Shown here piece after piece: positions 51,699-60,306 of a stretch of 62,834 nt of DNA. Each line of letters starts with the position of its first letter. The first letter of the stretch is position 1. A program made the translations under genes and the position numbers. The notes under the pieces were generated by a model, which saw only the letters and a program-made list of their open reading frames with translations, made no database searches and was not told where the DNA came from. This DNA comes from a virus (taxonomy: Duplodnaviria > Heunggongvirae > Uroviricota > Caudoviricetes): the IMG/VR virus record IMGVR_UViG_3300027365_000008; one strand, written 5' to 3'.

Positions 51699-51763
51699 AG
51701 TGGAATGATTTTGCCTCCTTTGCGTTCCACATTATTAGCCCCTCAATTAGAGGGGCATTTTTA
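51699..51763 (+). ncRNA. Candidate ~60-nt late small RNA with an anti-SD loop
   Basis: TAAATA at 51688-51693; hairpin gtggaatg/cgttccac with loop attttgCCTCCTttg; then terminator; no plausible ORF. Confidence 0.35.
51738..51756. terminator. Terminator between convergent genes
   Basis: gcccctc-aatta-gaggggc followed by attttt. Confidence 0.75.
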
Positions 51764-52150
51764 TTTCACACGTCGAAGGTTGGCGAGTTCTTTCCTTGTG
51801 AGGCCACCAGAATCGCCCTCTGAGCCGCCCTGATCGCTTTCAGGACTAGGGGCGGCCTTAGCCTTGGTACCCTGTTTCTGAACCCGCTCACGGGCAATCT
51901 GTAGCTTCTCTTTCTTATCCATCGCGTCCTTGGCTTCACGTAGGAAGTCCCGTGCCAGTTCCTTGGCTTTCAATCGACTCTTCGGCTCCATCAGGGCACT
52001 GTCATCCAACAGTTCCTTGTAGTTCCTGAGTGCAAAATCAATGATGACATCCAGATCGCGTTCCTCTTCCGGGGGAATCACGATCTCTTCTTCGTCCCCG
52101 ATCATGTCAGGGGAAATCTCGAACGTATCGTCAAGTGGGTGTTTGGCCAT
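51761..52150 (-). CDS. Possible terminase small subunit (gp16-like) or other late protein
   Basis: Acidic N-terminus, two long helices, short basic C-terminal helix; under a minus-strand late promoter. Confidence 0.4.
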   Translation of the reverse strand: MAKHPLDDTFEISPDMIGDEEEIVIPPEEERDLDVIIDFALRNYKELLDDSALMEPKSRLKAKELARDFLREAKDAMDKKEKLQIARERVQKQGTKAKAAPSPESDQGGSEGDSGGLTRKELANLRRVK

Positions 52151-52159
52151 GAAAACTCC

Positions 52160-52657
52160 TTAGCTTTCCTGAAACTCAATGAACTCTTCGATGAGTTTGT
52201 GATGAGTGTCTGCCGTAGTGTTGCTCATGCGATAGTGGGTCATATAAGCACTTGCTACCTCGTCCAGTCCCATCGGCATGTCATCCAAACGACTCAGGTA
52301 CCAGTAGAAGGTCAATAGAATCTGGAAACCGATGTTATAGGCAGCCGCCTCGAACATATCATCGATAGAATCGGATCGAGGATCAATCAGAACCACGTCA
52401 GCCACATTCTTGCTGTACTTGTCACGGGGACGAATCACATCCCGAATCACATCCTCAACACGATTGCGAGTCATTTGCATGAAGCCATGTTTGATAGGGA
52501 ACTGGCGTTCAGGACTGTACACATCGTCACAATATGATTCGAAATAGAAGGTGAACTGGATCAGATCGATCATAGAGTCTGTGATTTGCCCATGATAATC
52601 AATCTCATTCAATGTATCTCGGATTAAGCGTCTAATTGTATTCGGATTCAATTCCAT
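52160..52657 (-). CDS. Lysozyme-like (transglycosylase-fold) protein, possible endolysin
   Basis: TFYFES (catalytic Glu position), HGFMQM, AYNIGFQ...WYL...P, AYMTHY pattern of phage lysozyme-like proteins. Confidence 0.5.
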   Translation of the reverse strand: MELNPNTIRRLIRDTLNEIDYHGQITDSMIDLIQFTFYFESYCDDVYSPERQFPIKHGFMQMTRNRVEDVIRDVIRPRDKYSKNVADVVLIDPRSDSIDDMFEAAAYNIGFQILLTFYWYLSRLDDMPMGLDEVASAYMTHYRMSNTTADTHHKLIEEFIEFQES

Positions 52658-52697
52658 TCTCCTTTAATCTGATAAGCTATGGTTTTGGGGGTGTCTG

Positions 52698-52703
52698 TAT
52701 TTA
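52698..52703 (-). promoter_or_regulatory. Late promoter (ctaaatac) for 52657/52150; a divergent TAAATA at 52763-52768 precedes phoH
   Basis: TAAATA cores on both strands of the divergent intergenic region. Confidence 0.55.
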
Positions 52704-52713
52704 GTGTATGAAT

Positions 52714-52739
52714 ATAGATATATCTTGATGTCAAATCCC
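52714..52739 (+). repeat. 26-bp motif (copy 2)
   Basis: Identical to 4683-4708. Confidence 0.85.
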
Positions 52740-52807
52740 CTATGGACGGTCTTCAGGGAGCCTAAATACGGATAGCCACCTATGGCTCAACAGAAGGAAC
52801 CACATCC

Positions 52808-53560
52808 ATGGCAAAGGCAAAACAGCGCAACAAGTTCAACACCAAGCGTGAACCGGATTCAGTCGTTCATGACATTGGCAAGCGTAAGAAGTTTACACCC
52901 CATGACCTATGCTCCCTGACCCCTTCCTCTCTCAACCAATCCAATTTCCTCCGACTCTTCTATGATGATACCCCGCTGATCACTGCCACAGGCCCGTCAG
53001 GCACCGGGAAGACGATGGTGGCCCTGTACGCCGCCCTGAGCCTCGTGCTGGACGAAAGTACCGAGTTCGACAAGATCATCCTGATTCGTTCTGCGGTTGA
53101 GTCACGCGCCCAAGGCTTCATCAAGGGTGATCTGAATGAGAAGAATGCCCCTTACGAAACCCCCTATATTCAATCCGTGAAGAAGATTCTTCCGGCATTC
53201 AACGATGGATACGAGCATCTAAAGGCACTGGGTTACCTTGAGTTCGCTACCACCGGTTTCCTGCGCGGGCAGACCTTTGACCGGTGCATTGTAATCTGTG
53301 ATGAGATGCAGAACTGCGATTATGACGAACTGGCAACCATCATCACCCGTATCGGGGACCACAGTCGCATCATCCTCCTTGGCGACCGTAAGCAGTGTGA
53401 CCTTCAGCGCAAGCGCGAGAAGTCCGGGTTCGACCGTCTCTACACGGTGATGGAGAAGATGCCTGCCTCTATGGTCGGTAAGATCGAGTACACGCTGGAT
53501 GACATCACCCGTAGCGGTCTGGTGAAAGAGTTCCTGATTGCGGACTACGGCACCGCCTGA
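52808..53560 (+). CDS. phoH: PhoH-family ATPase
   Basis: GPSGTGKT, IILIRSAVE...GF..G, FLRGQTF, DEMQN, LGDRKQCD, DDITRSGLVK. Confidence 0.95.
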   Translation: MAKAKQRNKFNTKREPDSVVHDIGKRKKFTPHDLCSLTPSSLNQSNFLRLFYDDTPLITATGPSGTGKTMVALYAALSLVLDESTEFDKIILIRSAVESRAQGFIKGDLNEKNAPYETPYIQSVKKILPAFNDGYEHLKALGYLEFATTGFLRGQTFDRCIVICDEMQNCDYDELATIITRIGDHSRIILLGDRKQCDLQRKREKSGFDRLYTVMEKMPASMVGKIEYTLDDITRSGLVKEFLIADYGTA

Positions 53561-53590
53561 CCTCCCCTGTATTCAATCGCAAAATGACGA

Positions 53591-53612
53591 TGCCTCTGAG
53601 AGATCAGGGGCA
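53591..53612 (+). terminator. phoH terminator
   Basis: tgcctctga-gaga-tcaggggca followed by ttttt. Confidence 0.65.
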
Positions 53613-53620
53613 TTTTTGTG

Positions 53621-53649
53621 TTGACACGCCTTCTATCGTTAGGTAAGAT
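53621..53649 (+). promoter_or_regulatory. sigma70-type early promoter
   Basis: TTGACA-17 nt-TAAGAT. Confidence 0.75.
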
Positions 53650-53718
53650 TGCATCGTCAAATCGCGTTGAGTGGCTTGGGAGGGTCATGAGACGGGATGA
53701 ATACAGGGGAGGAAACCA

Positions 53719-53952
53719 ATGTGGACCGTTAAGATCGAAGAGAACGTAGTCTCTGGCTACATGATGGATGAGGATGGAGATGATCTGTGTGTCGTCTCAA
53801 TTCAGGTGAACGAAGATGAGTTTGTTGTGCTATCATCCGAAGCACCACAGACCTACGGGTTGAACACATACATCAAGGTTCTCAAGGACACCTTCAAGCA
53901 AGCGGGTCGTCTTCAGAATCGAATCAAGAAGGAAGCCGCTCGTGTTGTCTGA
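53719..53952 (+). CDS. Hypothetical protein
   Basis: 77 aa; its SD is the GGGGAGG of the inverted repeat. Confidence 0.7.
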   Translation: MWTVKIEENVVSGYMMDEDGDDLCVVSIQVNEDEFVVLSSEAPQTYGLNTYIKVLKDTFKQAGRLQNRIKKEAARVV

Positions 53953-54343
53953 AACGAATTACATTAAGATCGAATCTGATATCATCATCGATGCCTGCCA
54001 AATGCTGATCGATGAGATTGATCAGGAACGTGATCGTATGGTAGAAGATGAGGTTCATCGTCTAATGAACCGTCGATTCTTCCGTGCCAAGTCACACAGT
54101 GAAGCAATCGATATGCTTACTCGAAAATCGGGAAGCATCAAATCTGCATTCTTGGACATGATTTATGAGGATGTATCGAACCCGTTTCATCATCGGTGCG
54201 ATGATCTCTGTGATGCGGAAGAGATTCAATCGATGGCACGCCTCAGTGATGCCGTGTATCTGACACAATGGGACGCGAGACTGCTTTCTGAGTTCATTAT
54301 GAAAGTGAAACGTAATAGGAGTAGCGATGGCAACCAAGAATGA
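53942..54343 (+). CDS. Hypothetical protein
   Basis: 133 aa, overlapping the previous stop. Confidence 0.6.
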   Translation: MLSETNYIKIESDIIIDACQMLIDEIDQERDRMVEDEVHRLMNRRFFRAKSHSEAIDMLTRKSGSIKSAFLDMIYEDVSNPFHHRCDDLCDAEEIQSMARLSDAVYLTQWDARLLSEFIMKVKRNRSSDGNQE

Positions 54344-54458
54344 TGTAACCGGCGATAGCATCAAAACCAAAACCAATTCCAAGAAGTATCGAGACAATTG
54401 GGATCGAATCTTCGGGAATAAGAAGAAGGAAAAGAAAGATGAGCGTGGTGATCGTTGA
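54327..54458 (+). CDS. Small basic phage protein (MATKNDVTGDSIKTK...NWDRIFG), not in the ORF track
   Basis: 43 aa with GGAG SD; NDxTGDxI...NWDxIFG motif recalled from small phage proteins. Confidence 0.65.
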   Translation: MATKNDVTGDSIKTKTNSKKYRDNWDRIFGNKKKEKKDERGDR

Positions 54459-54984
54459 TTTCGAGAATCGCACTGTTTACGCAGACCGTAAGACCTCACG
54501 AACTACTTACAGCCGATTGACTCTACCTTCAATCAAAACCAGTAAGTTGAGGGCAATCGAATCTCGAAATGCCGTCGTGACGGGGACCGGCTGTAAGGAC
54601 ACGATAGATAGTGCCTTTGTGTCTCTGCACAGTGATGGGAATATACGATTCCCCAAAGCAGTGCCCGGAACCAATATCATCCTTCTTCAATGGTGTGAAA
54701 CCGGTTTGACTGCTACCGTGTATCGATCCAAAAAGAATTGGCTTGGACGATGCGTATGGGAACAGGAAGTATTCAACCAATCTACTGGCCATTGGGTTTC
54801 TGGTAGCGGTGGTACCTATGCATTGGGTGCGATCCGGGCGGGCGTTCCTATCCAGAAAGCGATTGCAGCATCATCTTCCTGTTGTCCCTATGTGGGATAC
54901 GGGTATGATTACACGCGCATCAACGAAGACTCACTCGATATCTATACCTATGTTGAACCATCAAAACGAAAGGAGCAGGCATGA
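54439..54984 (+). CDS. Ntn-hydrolase (HslV/proteasome-beta-like) protein
   Basis: MSVVIVD...YADRKTS, K...GTG, SGSGGTYALGA..AG..IQKAI. Confidence 0.6.
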   Translation: MSVVIVDFENRTVYADRKTSRTTYSRLTLPSIKTSKLRAIESRNAVVTGTGCKDTIDSAFVSLHSDGNIRFPKAVPGTNIILLQWCETGLTATVYRSKKNWLGRCVWEQEVFNQSTGHWVSGSGGTYALGAIRAGVPIQKAIAASSSCCPYVGYGYDYTRINEDSLDIYTYVEPSKRKEQA

Positions 54985-55544
54985 AGTTCATTTTTCTCAA
55001 CGCCCCACCTCGGTCGGGGAAAGACACGGCGGCTGATTACCTGTCGCATTTCATGATCCGAACCTTCCCGGTGAAGTTCGCTTCGCCACTCTACAACAGC
55101 GTAAGGGAAGTGTTCGGACTCACCAAAGACGAATGGAATCTTCTTTACAATCACCACAAAGAGGATTGTCTTGAACAGTTACGTGGCATGTCACCACGTC
55201 AAGCGATGATCTGGATGTCCGAGGATGTCATCAAGCCTAAATTCGGTTCTGATTTCTTCGGACATGCCATGGTAAACCGGCTACGCAATATCAGCGATGA
55301 TGCGATTGTGATTGCTTCCGATTCAGGATTCCATTCTGAAGCAGTCCCGGTAATGGACTTTGTGGGGGCTGAGAACTGCTTTCATGTCACCATTGAACGC
55401 GATGGATGTGATTTTTCTAATGATTCGCGTAGTCTTTGGGGTGACAATCGTCTCGGAAACAGGTATCATACGATCTCCAACAATGGCACGAAAGATGAGT
55501 TCTATCGAGAACTCAAAACCCTCATGAACGATCAGATTCTTTGA
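54981..55544 (+). CDS. Deoxynucleoside monophosphate kinase
   Basis: NAPPRSGKDT P-loop, FASPL, PRQAMI...KPKFG, SDSGF..E. Confidence 0.75.
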   Translation: MKFIFLNAPPRSGKDTAADYLSHFMIRTFPVKFASPLYNSVREVFGLTKDEWNLLYNHHKEDCLEQLRGMSPRQAMIWMSEDVIKPKFGSDFFGHAMVNRLRNISDDAIVIASDSGFHSEAVPVMDFVGAENCFHVTIERDGCDFSNDSRSLWGDNRLGNRYHTISNNGTKDEFYRELKTLMNDQIL

Positions 55545-55559
55545 CCAAAAGGAAACCGA

Positions 55560-57533
55560 ATGAGCGATAAGCTGAAAAATCTCCGCAAGGCACTGGGCAA
55601 GCGCAATTTCAATATGACCCTGAACGAGCCAGACAATTGGCTTAGTTTTGGCAATCACGCATTGAATTACGTTTGTACGGGTTCTTTTAAAAGGGCGATC
55701 CCCAATCGTCGCCTATCCATGCTGTATGGAATTTCAGGATGCGTCGATGCTGACACCGAGTTCCTGACACCGACTGGATGGAAACGCATTGCGGATTATG
55801 AGGAAGGCGATCAGGTGGCTCAGTTCAATGCTGACACCCATCAGATGTCTTTCGTCCATCCGACCGATTACATCAAGGAACCGTGTTCTGAGTTCTATCA
55901 CATCAAGAGTAAGTATGGCGCTGACCAAATGCTTACCCCGGAACATCGCGTTCTGTATCGGACTACACGCGGCAATCTGAAGGTTCGCACGGCAGAAGAA
56001 GTCGTCGCCATGCAGAACCGCGACTATGGGACTGGATTCGGTGGGCGTTTTCTGACCACGTTTATTCATCCCGAACAGGAAGGAATGGACATCTCTGATG
56101 CCGACCTGCGACTTCAGATTGCTGTGATGGCAGATGGATTCTTCATGGAGAATCGCACCACATGGCCAAACATCGTTCGCATCAACATTAAAAAGGATCG
56201 GAAGAAGGAACGTCTGGTTTCTCTTCTTGAAGCGAGCGGTCGTGAATATAAGCGTTCTGAACGGAATGATGGATTCTCTGTCTTTGAGTTTGGTGCTCCT
56301 ATCAAAACCAAAGTATATGGTCCTGAGTTCTATGCTTGCTCTAAGCATCAACTCGAACTGATTGCGGATGAGTGTCTTCACTGGGATGGAAGCACCACAA
56401 ATGGACGTAAGTCTTTCTTCTCAACCGACAAGGGCAGTGCTGATTTCATTCAGTATGTCTTCAGTGGGCTTGGTCAACGCGCTCGCATCCTTGAGGATGT
56501 GCGTGAAGGGCGGACGACCTGTTATGAGGTAAATATCACCCCGCGAAACACTGTTGGCATTGGTGGTAAAACTCGCAACAAGGTGGATGTGGTTGAATCT
56601 GGTGACGGATTCAAATATTGTTTCACGGTTCCAGATACGTTCTTGGTACTGCGCCGTAACGGTTGTGTGTTTGTGACGGGCAACAGTGGGAAGAGTTTCC
56701 TTATGGGGAACCTTGCCAAAAGCGCTCAGAGCCTCGGGTATCTGGTTATCTACATTGATACCGAGGATGCTATCGATCCCGAATACCTGACCCGTATCGG
56801 CGTGGAGATTGATGATGAATCCATGTTCCTTCCGATTCGTCTGTCTACCATCGAGGAACTGTCTGAGGCCACGGCTGAAATCTTCCAGACCTTCGATAAA
56901 ACCGACAAGATTTGTATTCTGGTCGATTCTTTGGGAATGCTGGAAACCGAAGACCATGTGGATGCCTTCGAGAAGAAAGGCGAAATGAAGAACGACATGG
57001 GCCTGTTTGCCAAGAAGCTGAAGAAGTACCTGAAGAACATCACGTCTAAGGTTGGCGAATACGATTGTTTCTTCGTGGCAAACCAGCACTGTTACGCAAA
57101 CCAAAATGTAACCGATGGTCGTGGTACCCATGTGCCGTCTGGTGGTGAAGCCCAGATTTACATTCCGTCAATCAGTCTGTTCCTGAAGAAACTCAATCTG
57201 AAGGAAGGTAGCGAAGTGGTTGGGGTTCGTATCAAGGCACAGACCACTAAAACGCGATTCACTCAGGTGGGCATGAAGACCGAGGTTGAGGTACCCTATC
57301 GCACGGGTCTTGATCAGTATGATGGCGTCCTAGATATCCTTGAATCGGAAGGGGGTGTCAGTCGCAATGGAGCATGGTATAGCTACGTCAATGACGATGG
57401 CGAAACGGTCAAGTTCCAGAAGAAGGAAACTGCGACCCATGCACCGTATCTGATCGAAAAGTATGAGCCGGAAACCCTTCGTGAGAATCAGGACGAAGAG
57501 TACGAATACGACAAGACCGAAACTGAAGAGTAA
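55560..57533 (+). CDS. uvsX: UvsX/RecA-like recombinase with an intein in the P-loop
   Basis: Spliced Walker A GISG-SGKS; YIDTEDAID, VDSLGML, ANQHCY, SGGEAQIY, KTRFT, NGAWY. Confidence 0.9.
   Translation: MSDKLKNLRKALGKRNFNMTLNEPDNWLSFGNHALNYVCTGSFKRAIPNRRLSMLYGISGCVDADTEFLTPTGWKRIADYEEGDQVAQFNADTHQMSFVHPTDYIKEPCSEFYHIKSKYGADQMLTPEHRVLYRTTRGNLKVRTAEEVVAMQNRDYGTGFGGRFLTTFIHPEQEGMDISDADLRLQIAVMADGFFMENRTTWPNIVRINIKKDRKKERLVSLLEASGREYKRSERNDGFSVFEFGAPIKTKVYGPEFYACSKHQLELIADECLHWDGSTTNGRKSFFSTDKGSADFIQYVFSGLGQRARILEDVREGRTTCYEVNITPRNTVGIGGKTRNKVDVVESGDGFKYCFTVPDTFLVLRRNGCVFVTGNSGKSFLMGNLAKSAQSLGYLVIYIDTEDAIDPEYLTRIGVEIDDESMFLPIRLSTIEELSEATAEIFQTFDKTDKICILVDSLGMLETEDHVDAFEKKGEMKNDMGLFAKKLKKYLKNITSKVGEYDCFFVANQHCYANQNVTDGRGTHVPSGGEAQIYIPSISLFLKKLNLKEGSEVVGVRIKAQTTKTRFTQVGMKTEVEVPYRTGLDQYDGVLDILESEGGVSRNGAWYSYVNDDGETVKFQKKETATHAPYLIEKYEPETLRENQDEEYEYDKTETEE
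55740..56684 (+). mobile_element. 315-aa intein with LAGLIDADG-type endonuclease domain
   Basis: CVDADTEFLTPTGW start; LTPEHRV block B; IAVMADG and CLHWDG motifs; YCFTVP...VTGN followed by Ser+1. Confidence 0.9.
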
Positions 57534-57542
57534 TACCTAATG

Positions 57543-57566
57543 GGATAGGGGATTAGTCCCCTATCC
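57543..57566 (+). terminator. Terminator after uvsX
   Basis: ggatagggga-ttag-tcccctatcc followed by tttc. Confidence 0.7.
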
Positions 57567-57597
57567 TTTCATTCTGTCTATCACGAGAGGATTCACG

Positions 57598-58044
57598 ATG
57601 AATCTCACTAGCGAATACCAGCGACTTTCTGACCTCAACACTGAGTTTGATGATCTATTTGAGTCAGCGGAAGACCTGATTCTGATTGAAAACGTGCGTC
57701 TCAATGATGCCCTGAAGAATCAACTTAAACTGCAACTCAATTGGGAACGGTTTGTCAACAAGGTCAATTTCTTCTACTCGACGTGTGAGGAACTGGTTGA
57801 CAATGCTCATTCCAGTGCTTTTCGAAAGGAAATGAAAGATACATACGTCGATGTCTCGGTGAATGAAGCCAAGGAATACGCCAAAGCCGATCAAGACTAT
57901 CGGGAGGCGCGTGCCCTGTTCAACAAGGCTCGACATCTTCGTGATGAAGCGCGTGGCGTCCTAGAAACAATCACATCGCGCAAATACATTCTGAATAACA
58001 TCACCAATGCCAAAGTGGCAAGCGTGGACAACGATATCCTGTGA
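57598..58044 (+). CDS. uvsY: UvsY-like recombination mediator
   Basis: Long helices, EAKEYAKAD...ITSRKYILNNI; lies between uvsX and uvsW. Confidence 0.7.
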   Translation: MNLTSEYQRLSDLNTEFDDLFESAEDLILIENVRLNDALKNQLKLQLNWERFVNKVNFFYSTCEELVDNAHSSAFRKEMKDTYVDVSVNEAKEYAKADQDYREARALFNKARHLRDEARGVLETITSRKYILNNITNAKVASVDNDIL

Positions 58045-58052
58045 GGTAACCC

Positions 58053-58313
58053 ATGTACACCCCTGAAGAAATCCGCCAAGTTCAATTGATTCTCGATACG
58101 GCTGATCCATTTCTAATCGAAGCCCTCTACCAGAAGACCGAGGATGAGATTCTTGAACAACTGGAACGTCTGAATCGTGAGTATGAACTGATTCCTAAAA
58201 CCAACATCGAATGGCGTAAGCGACACCAAGCGATTATCAAGACGGTGCAAGCCATGTATCAGAAACATCAGATCAATAAGAACGCGCCGAAGGGAGGGTT
58301 GGTCATCGTATGA
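58053..58313 (+). CDS. Hypothetical protein
   Basis: 86 aa with GAGG SD. Confidence 0.6.
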   Translation: MYTPEEIRQVQLILDTADPFLIEALYQKTEDEILEQLERLNREYELIPKTNIEWRKRHQAIIKTVQAMYQKHQINKNAPKGGLVIV

Positions 58314-59770
58314 GCCTGACACTAACCATTCTCGATGAGGTAAACTGTCATATTGAGGGTCTGACCCGCCAAGACATTGAAGAGATCGTGGGTGCAACCG
58401 AACTCCCCGATAAGAGTGCATTCATGACTGCTGCATTCCAAACCGGTAACTGGAATGGGAAGATCAGTATGTTTGATGCTGAAACGTGTATCTTCTTTCA
58501 ACACATGTTGGATACCGTGACAGACGTACTCGAATACCGGGGATATGATCTGGACTCAATTAACATCGTGGATGAGCGCACCAACCGTGAACTGAAGTTC
58601 GATGACCTAGAGTTCGTGGATGATCATTACTTCGGTGATCTGCTTCCATGGCCCCTGAGAGCCCACCAGACGAACGGAATCAATCGGGCAATAGCTGATA
58701 CCAAGGGCATCCTCGAATACGGCACATCGAGCGGTAAGACGGTTCTCGGGGCAGGTATCTGTCGAGTTTTCGAATCCAAGTTGAAGACCATCACCGCAAC
58801 ACCTTCAGCATCCCTCGTCAAACAGACTGCTGCCCAGTATGAGGAACTGGGGCTGGACGTGAAAGCGTTGACACCCTCGATCAAGACAGAAAAGAAACGT
58901 AAGGCGGTGTTTGAGAATCACAGACACATCGTTCTGACCCCTAAACTACTGATGAATTGTGCGGGAATGTTTGATTCCAAGGATTACGTCATCATTCTCG
59001 ATGAGGTTCATCAAATCATGGGTGATGAGTTCTGTCACTTCGTCAGGACTGAACTCGCCGATAGTCCAGTTAGAATTGGATTGACCGGGACGGTGCCACG
59101 GGATCGGTTGAAGCGTCACACCATCGAGTGTCATATCGGTGGCCCTGTTCTGGACATCGTTTCGACCGATCACCTCATGTCGAAGAACTATGTTTCTTCA
59201 ATCGGCATTGAGATGATATCCACGCTGGATCAGGAGATGGAAGCGTTCTCCGAGGAAGCTGATACGTGGACGTGGGATCGTGAGTTCGATTATCTCAATC
59301 TCAATAAGGACAGGATTGAATCGATTGCCCAGTACATCAAATCACTGGACCCGAAGAACACCTTGGTATTGTGTCATCCCCAGTTGGGTAAGCAGTTGGC
59401 TAGTCATTTCGAGGGGAGAATGATCGCCGATGACACACCCTTAGAGACGCGGGAAGGATGGTTCAAAGGATTCGATGATAGCGATGACTTCGTGTTGTGT
59501 GCGTCCTATGGCACGTCAGGAACAGGTATCTCGATCAATCGAATCTTTCGTCTTTTCCTGATCGATGTGGGGAAGAACGAGGTATACATCCGGCAAGGCA
59601 TCGGTCGTGGTCTGCGTCTTGATGGCGATATTAATCACTGTGATGTGATTGACATCAGTGCCGATACCAAGTATTCTAAGCGTCACCGGAAAGAACGCAT
59701 CAAGATTTACAAGCGTGAGAAGTTTCAATACGTCAAAAGCGATGATGCAATTCTTGTCAAACACGATTAA
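58310..59770 (+). CDS. uvsW: UvsW-like SF2 helicase
   Basis: LRAHQ, GTSSGKT, DEVH, GLTGT, GTGISI, RQGIGRGLR. Confidence 0.9.
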   Translation: MSLTLTILDEVNCHIEGLTRQDIEEIVGATELPDKSAFMTAAFQTGNWNGKISMFDAETCIFFQHMLDTVTDVLEYRGYDLDSINIVDERTNRELKFDDLEFVDDHYFGDLLPWPLRAHQTNGINRAIADTKGILEYGTSSGKTVLGAGICRVFESKLKTITATPSASLVKQTAAQYEELGLDVKALTPSIKTEKKRKAVFENHRHIVLTPKLLMNCAGMFDSKDYVIILDEVHQIMGDEFCHFVRTELADSPVRIGLTGTVPRDRLKRHTIECHIGGPVLDIVSTDHLMSKNYVSSIGIEMISTLDQEMEAFSEEADTWTWDREFDYLNLNKDRIESIAQYIKSLDPKNTLVLCHPQLGKQLASHFEGRMIADDTPLETREGWFKGFDDSDDFVLCASYGTSGTGISINRIFRLFLIDVGKNEVYIRQGIGRGLRLDGDINHCDVIDISADTKYSKRHRKERIKIYKREKFQYVKSDDAILVKHD

Positions 59771-59774
59771 AACG

Positions 59775-59794
59775 ATGCCGGGATACCCCGGCAT
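59775..59794 (+). terminator. Hairpin after uvsW
   Basis: atgccggg-atac-cccggcat followed by ttcatt. Confidence 0.55.
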
Positions 59795-59817
59795 TTCATT
59801 CAGATTCAGGAGAGCCA

Positions 59818-60300
59818 ATGAACTACCTTTCAGAGAACATGACCCCACTCGATGCGTCGGTGCAAAGTACCATCAACAAGATGATCTTCGAGTTCCGTTT
59901 CCACAATGAGATTGAAAAGTCCGATTACTTTCTCGTTCACAAGATCAACTGGCAGATTCTTACCGCTGGTATCTACAAGTTTCAGATTGGAGACTGTGTA
60001 CATTCGATTCCGTCTGGTCATTTCGTCATGATTGGTGATGAGAATGGCGACATGGATTGGATCACTGTCGATGAGATGGTGGGTCGTGAAATCGAATGTG
60101 TGCGGTTTGGTGCCGAATTGGGTCACTGGGACGTGAAACCTGCTGTCCTTTTGGATTACTTCGAAGGCCAATACTATTGGCCCACCACGGCACATGCTGT
60201 TCCTATCATCAACAACAACCGTGTCATCATGGTATCCGAGCGGGATCATTACCACAAAATCAAGGATTGTGGGGTCGATCTGTTTCTAGGCAACCATTAA
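59818..60300 (+). CDS. Hypothetical beta-rich protein
   Basis: 160 aa with AGGAG SD. Confidence 0.6.
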   Translation: MNYLSENMTPLDASVQSTINKMIFEFRFHNEIEKSDYFLVHKINWQILTAGIYKFQIGDCVHSIPSGHFVMIGDENGDMDWITVDEMVGREIECVRFGAELGHWDVKPAVLLDYFEGQYYWPTTAHAVPIINNNRVIMVSERDHYHKIKDCGVDLFLGNH

Positions 60301-60306
60301 CCAATC

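Larger units (their letters stand above)
53561..53712. repeat. 152-bp segment bounded by perfect 15-bp inverted repeats
   Basis: cctcccctgtattca (53561-53575) and tgaatacaggggagg (53698-53712) enclose the phoH terminator and a promoter. Confidence 0.85.

Noticed and set aside
53561-53712. MITE/IS element defined by 15-bp terminal inverted repeats
   Set aside because: No target-site duplication or transposase is visible, and the interior consists of the locus's own terminator and promoter; kept as a regulatory hypothesis instead.
59818-60300. Possible Hint-domain or split-intein partner for the DnaE fragment
   Set aside because: No Cys/Ser1 start or terminal His-Asn motif, and the DnaE fragment has no intein residues.
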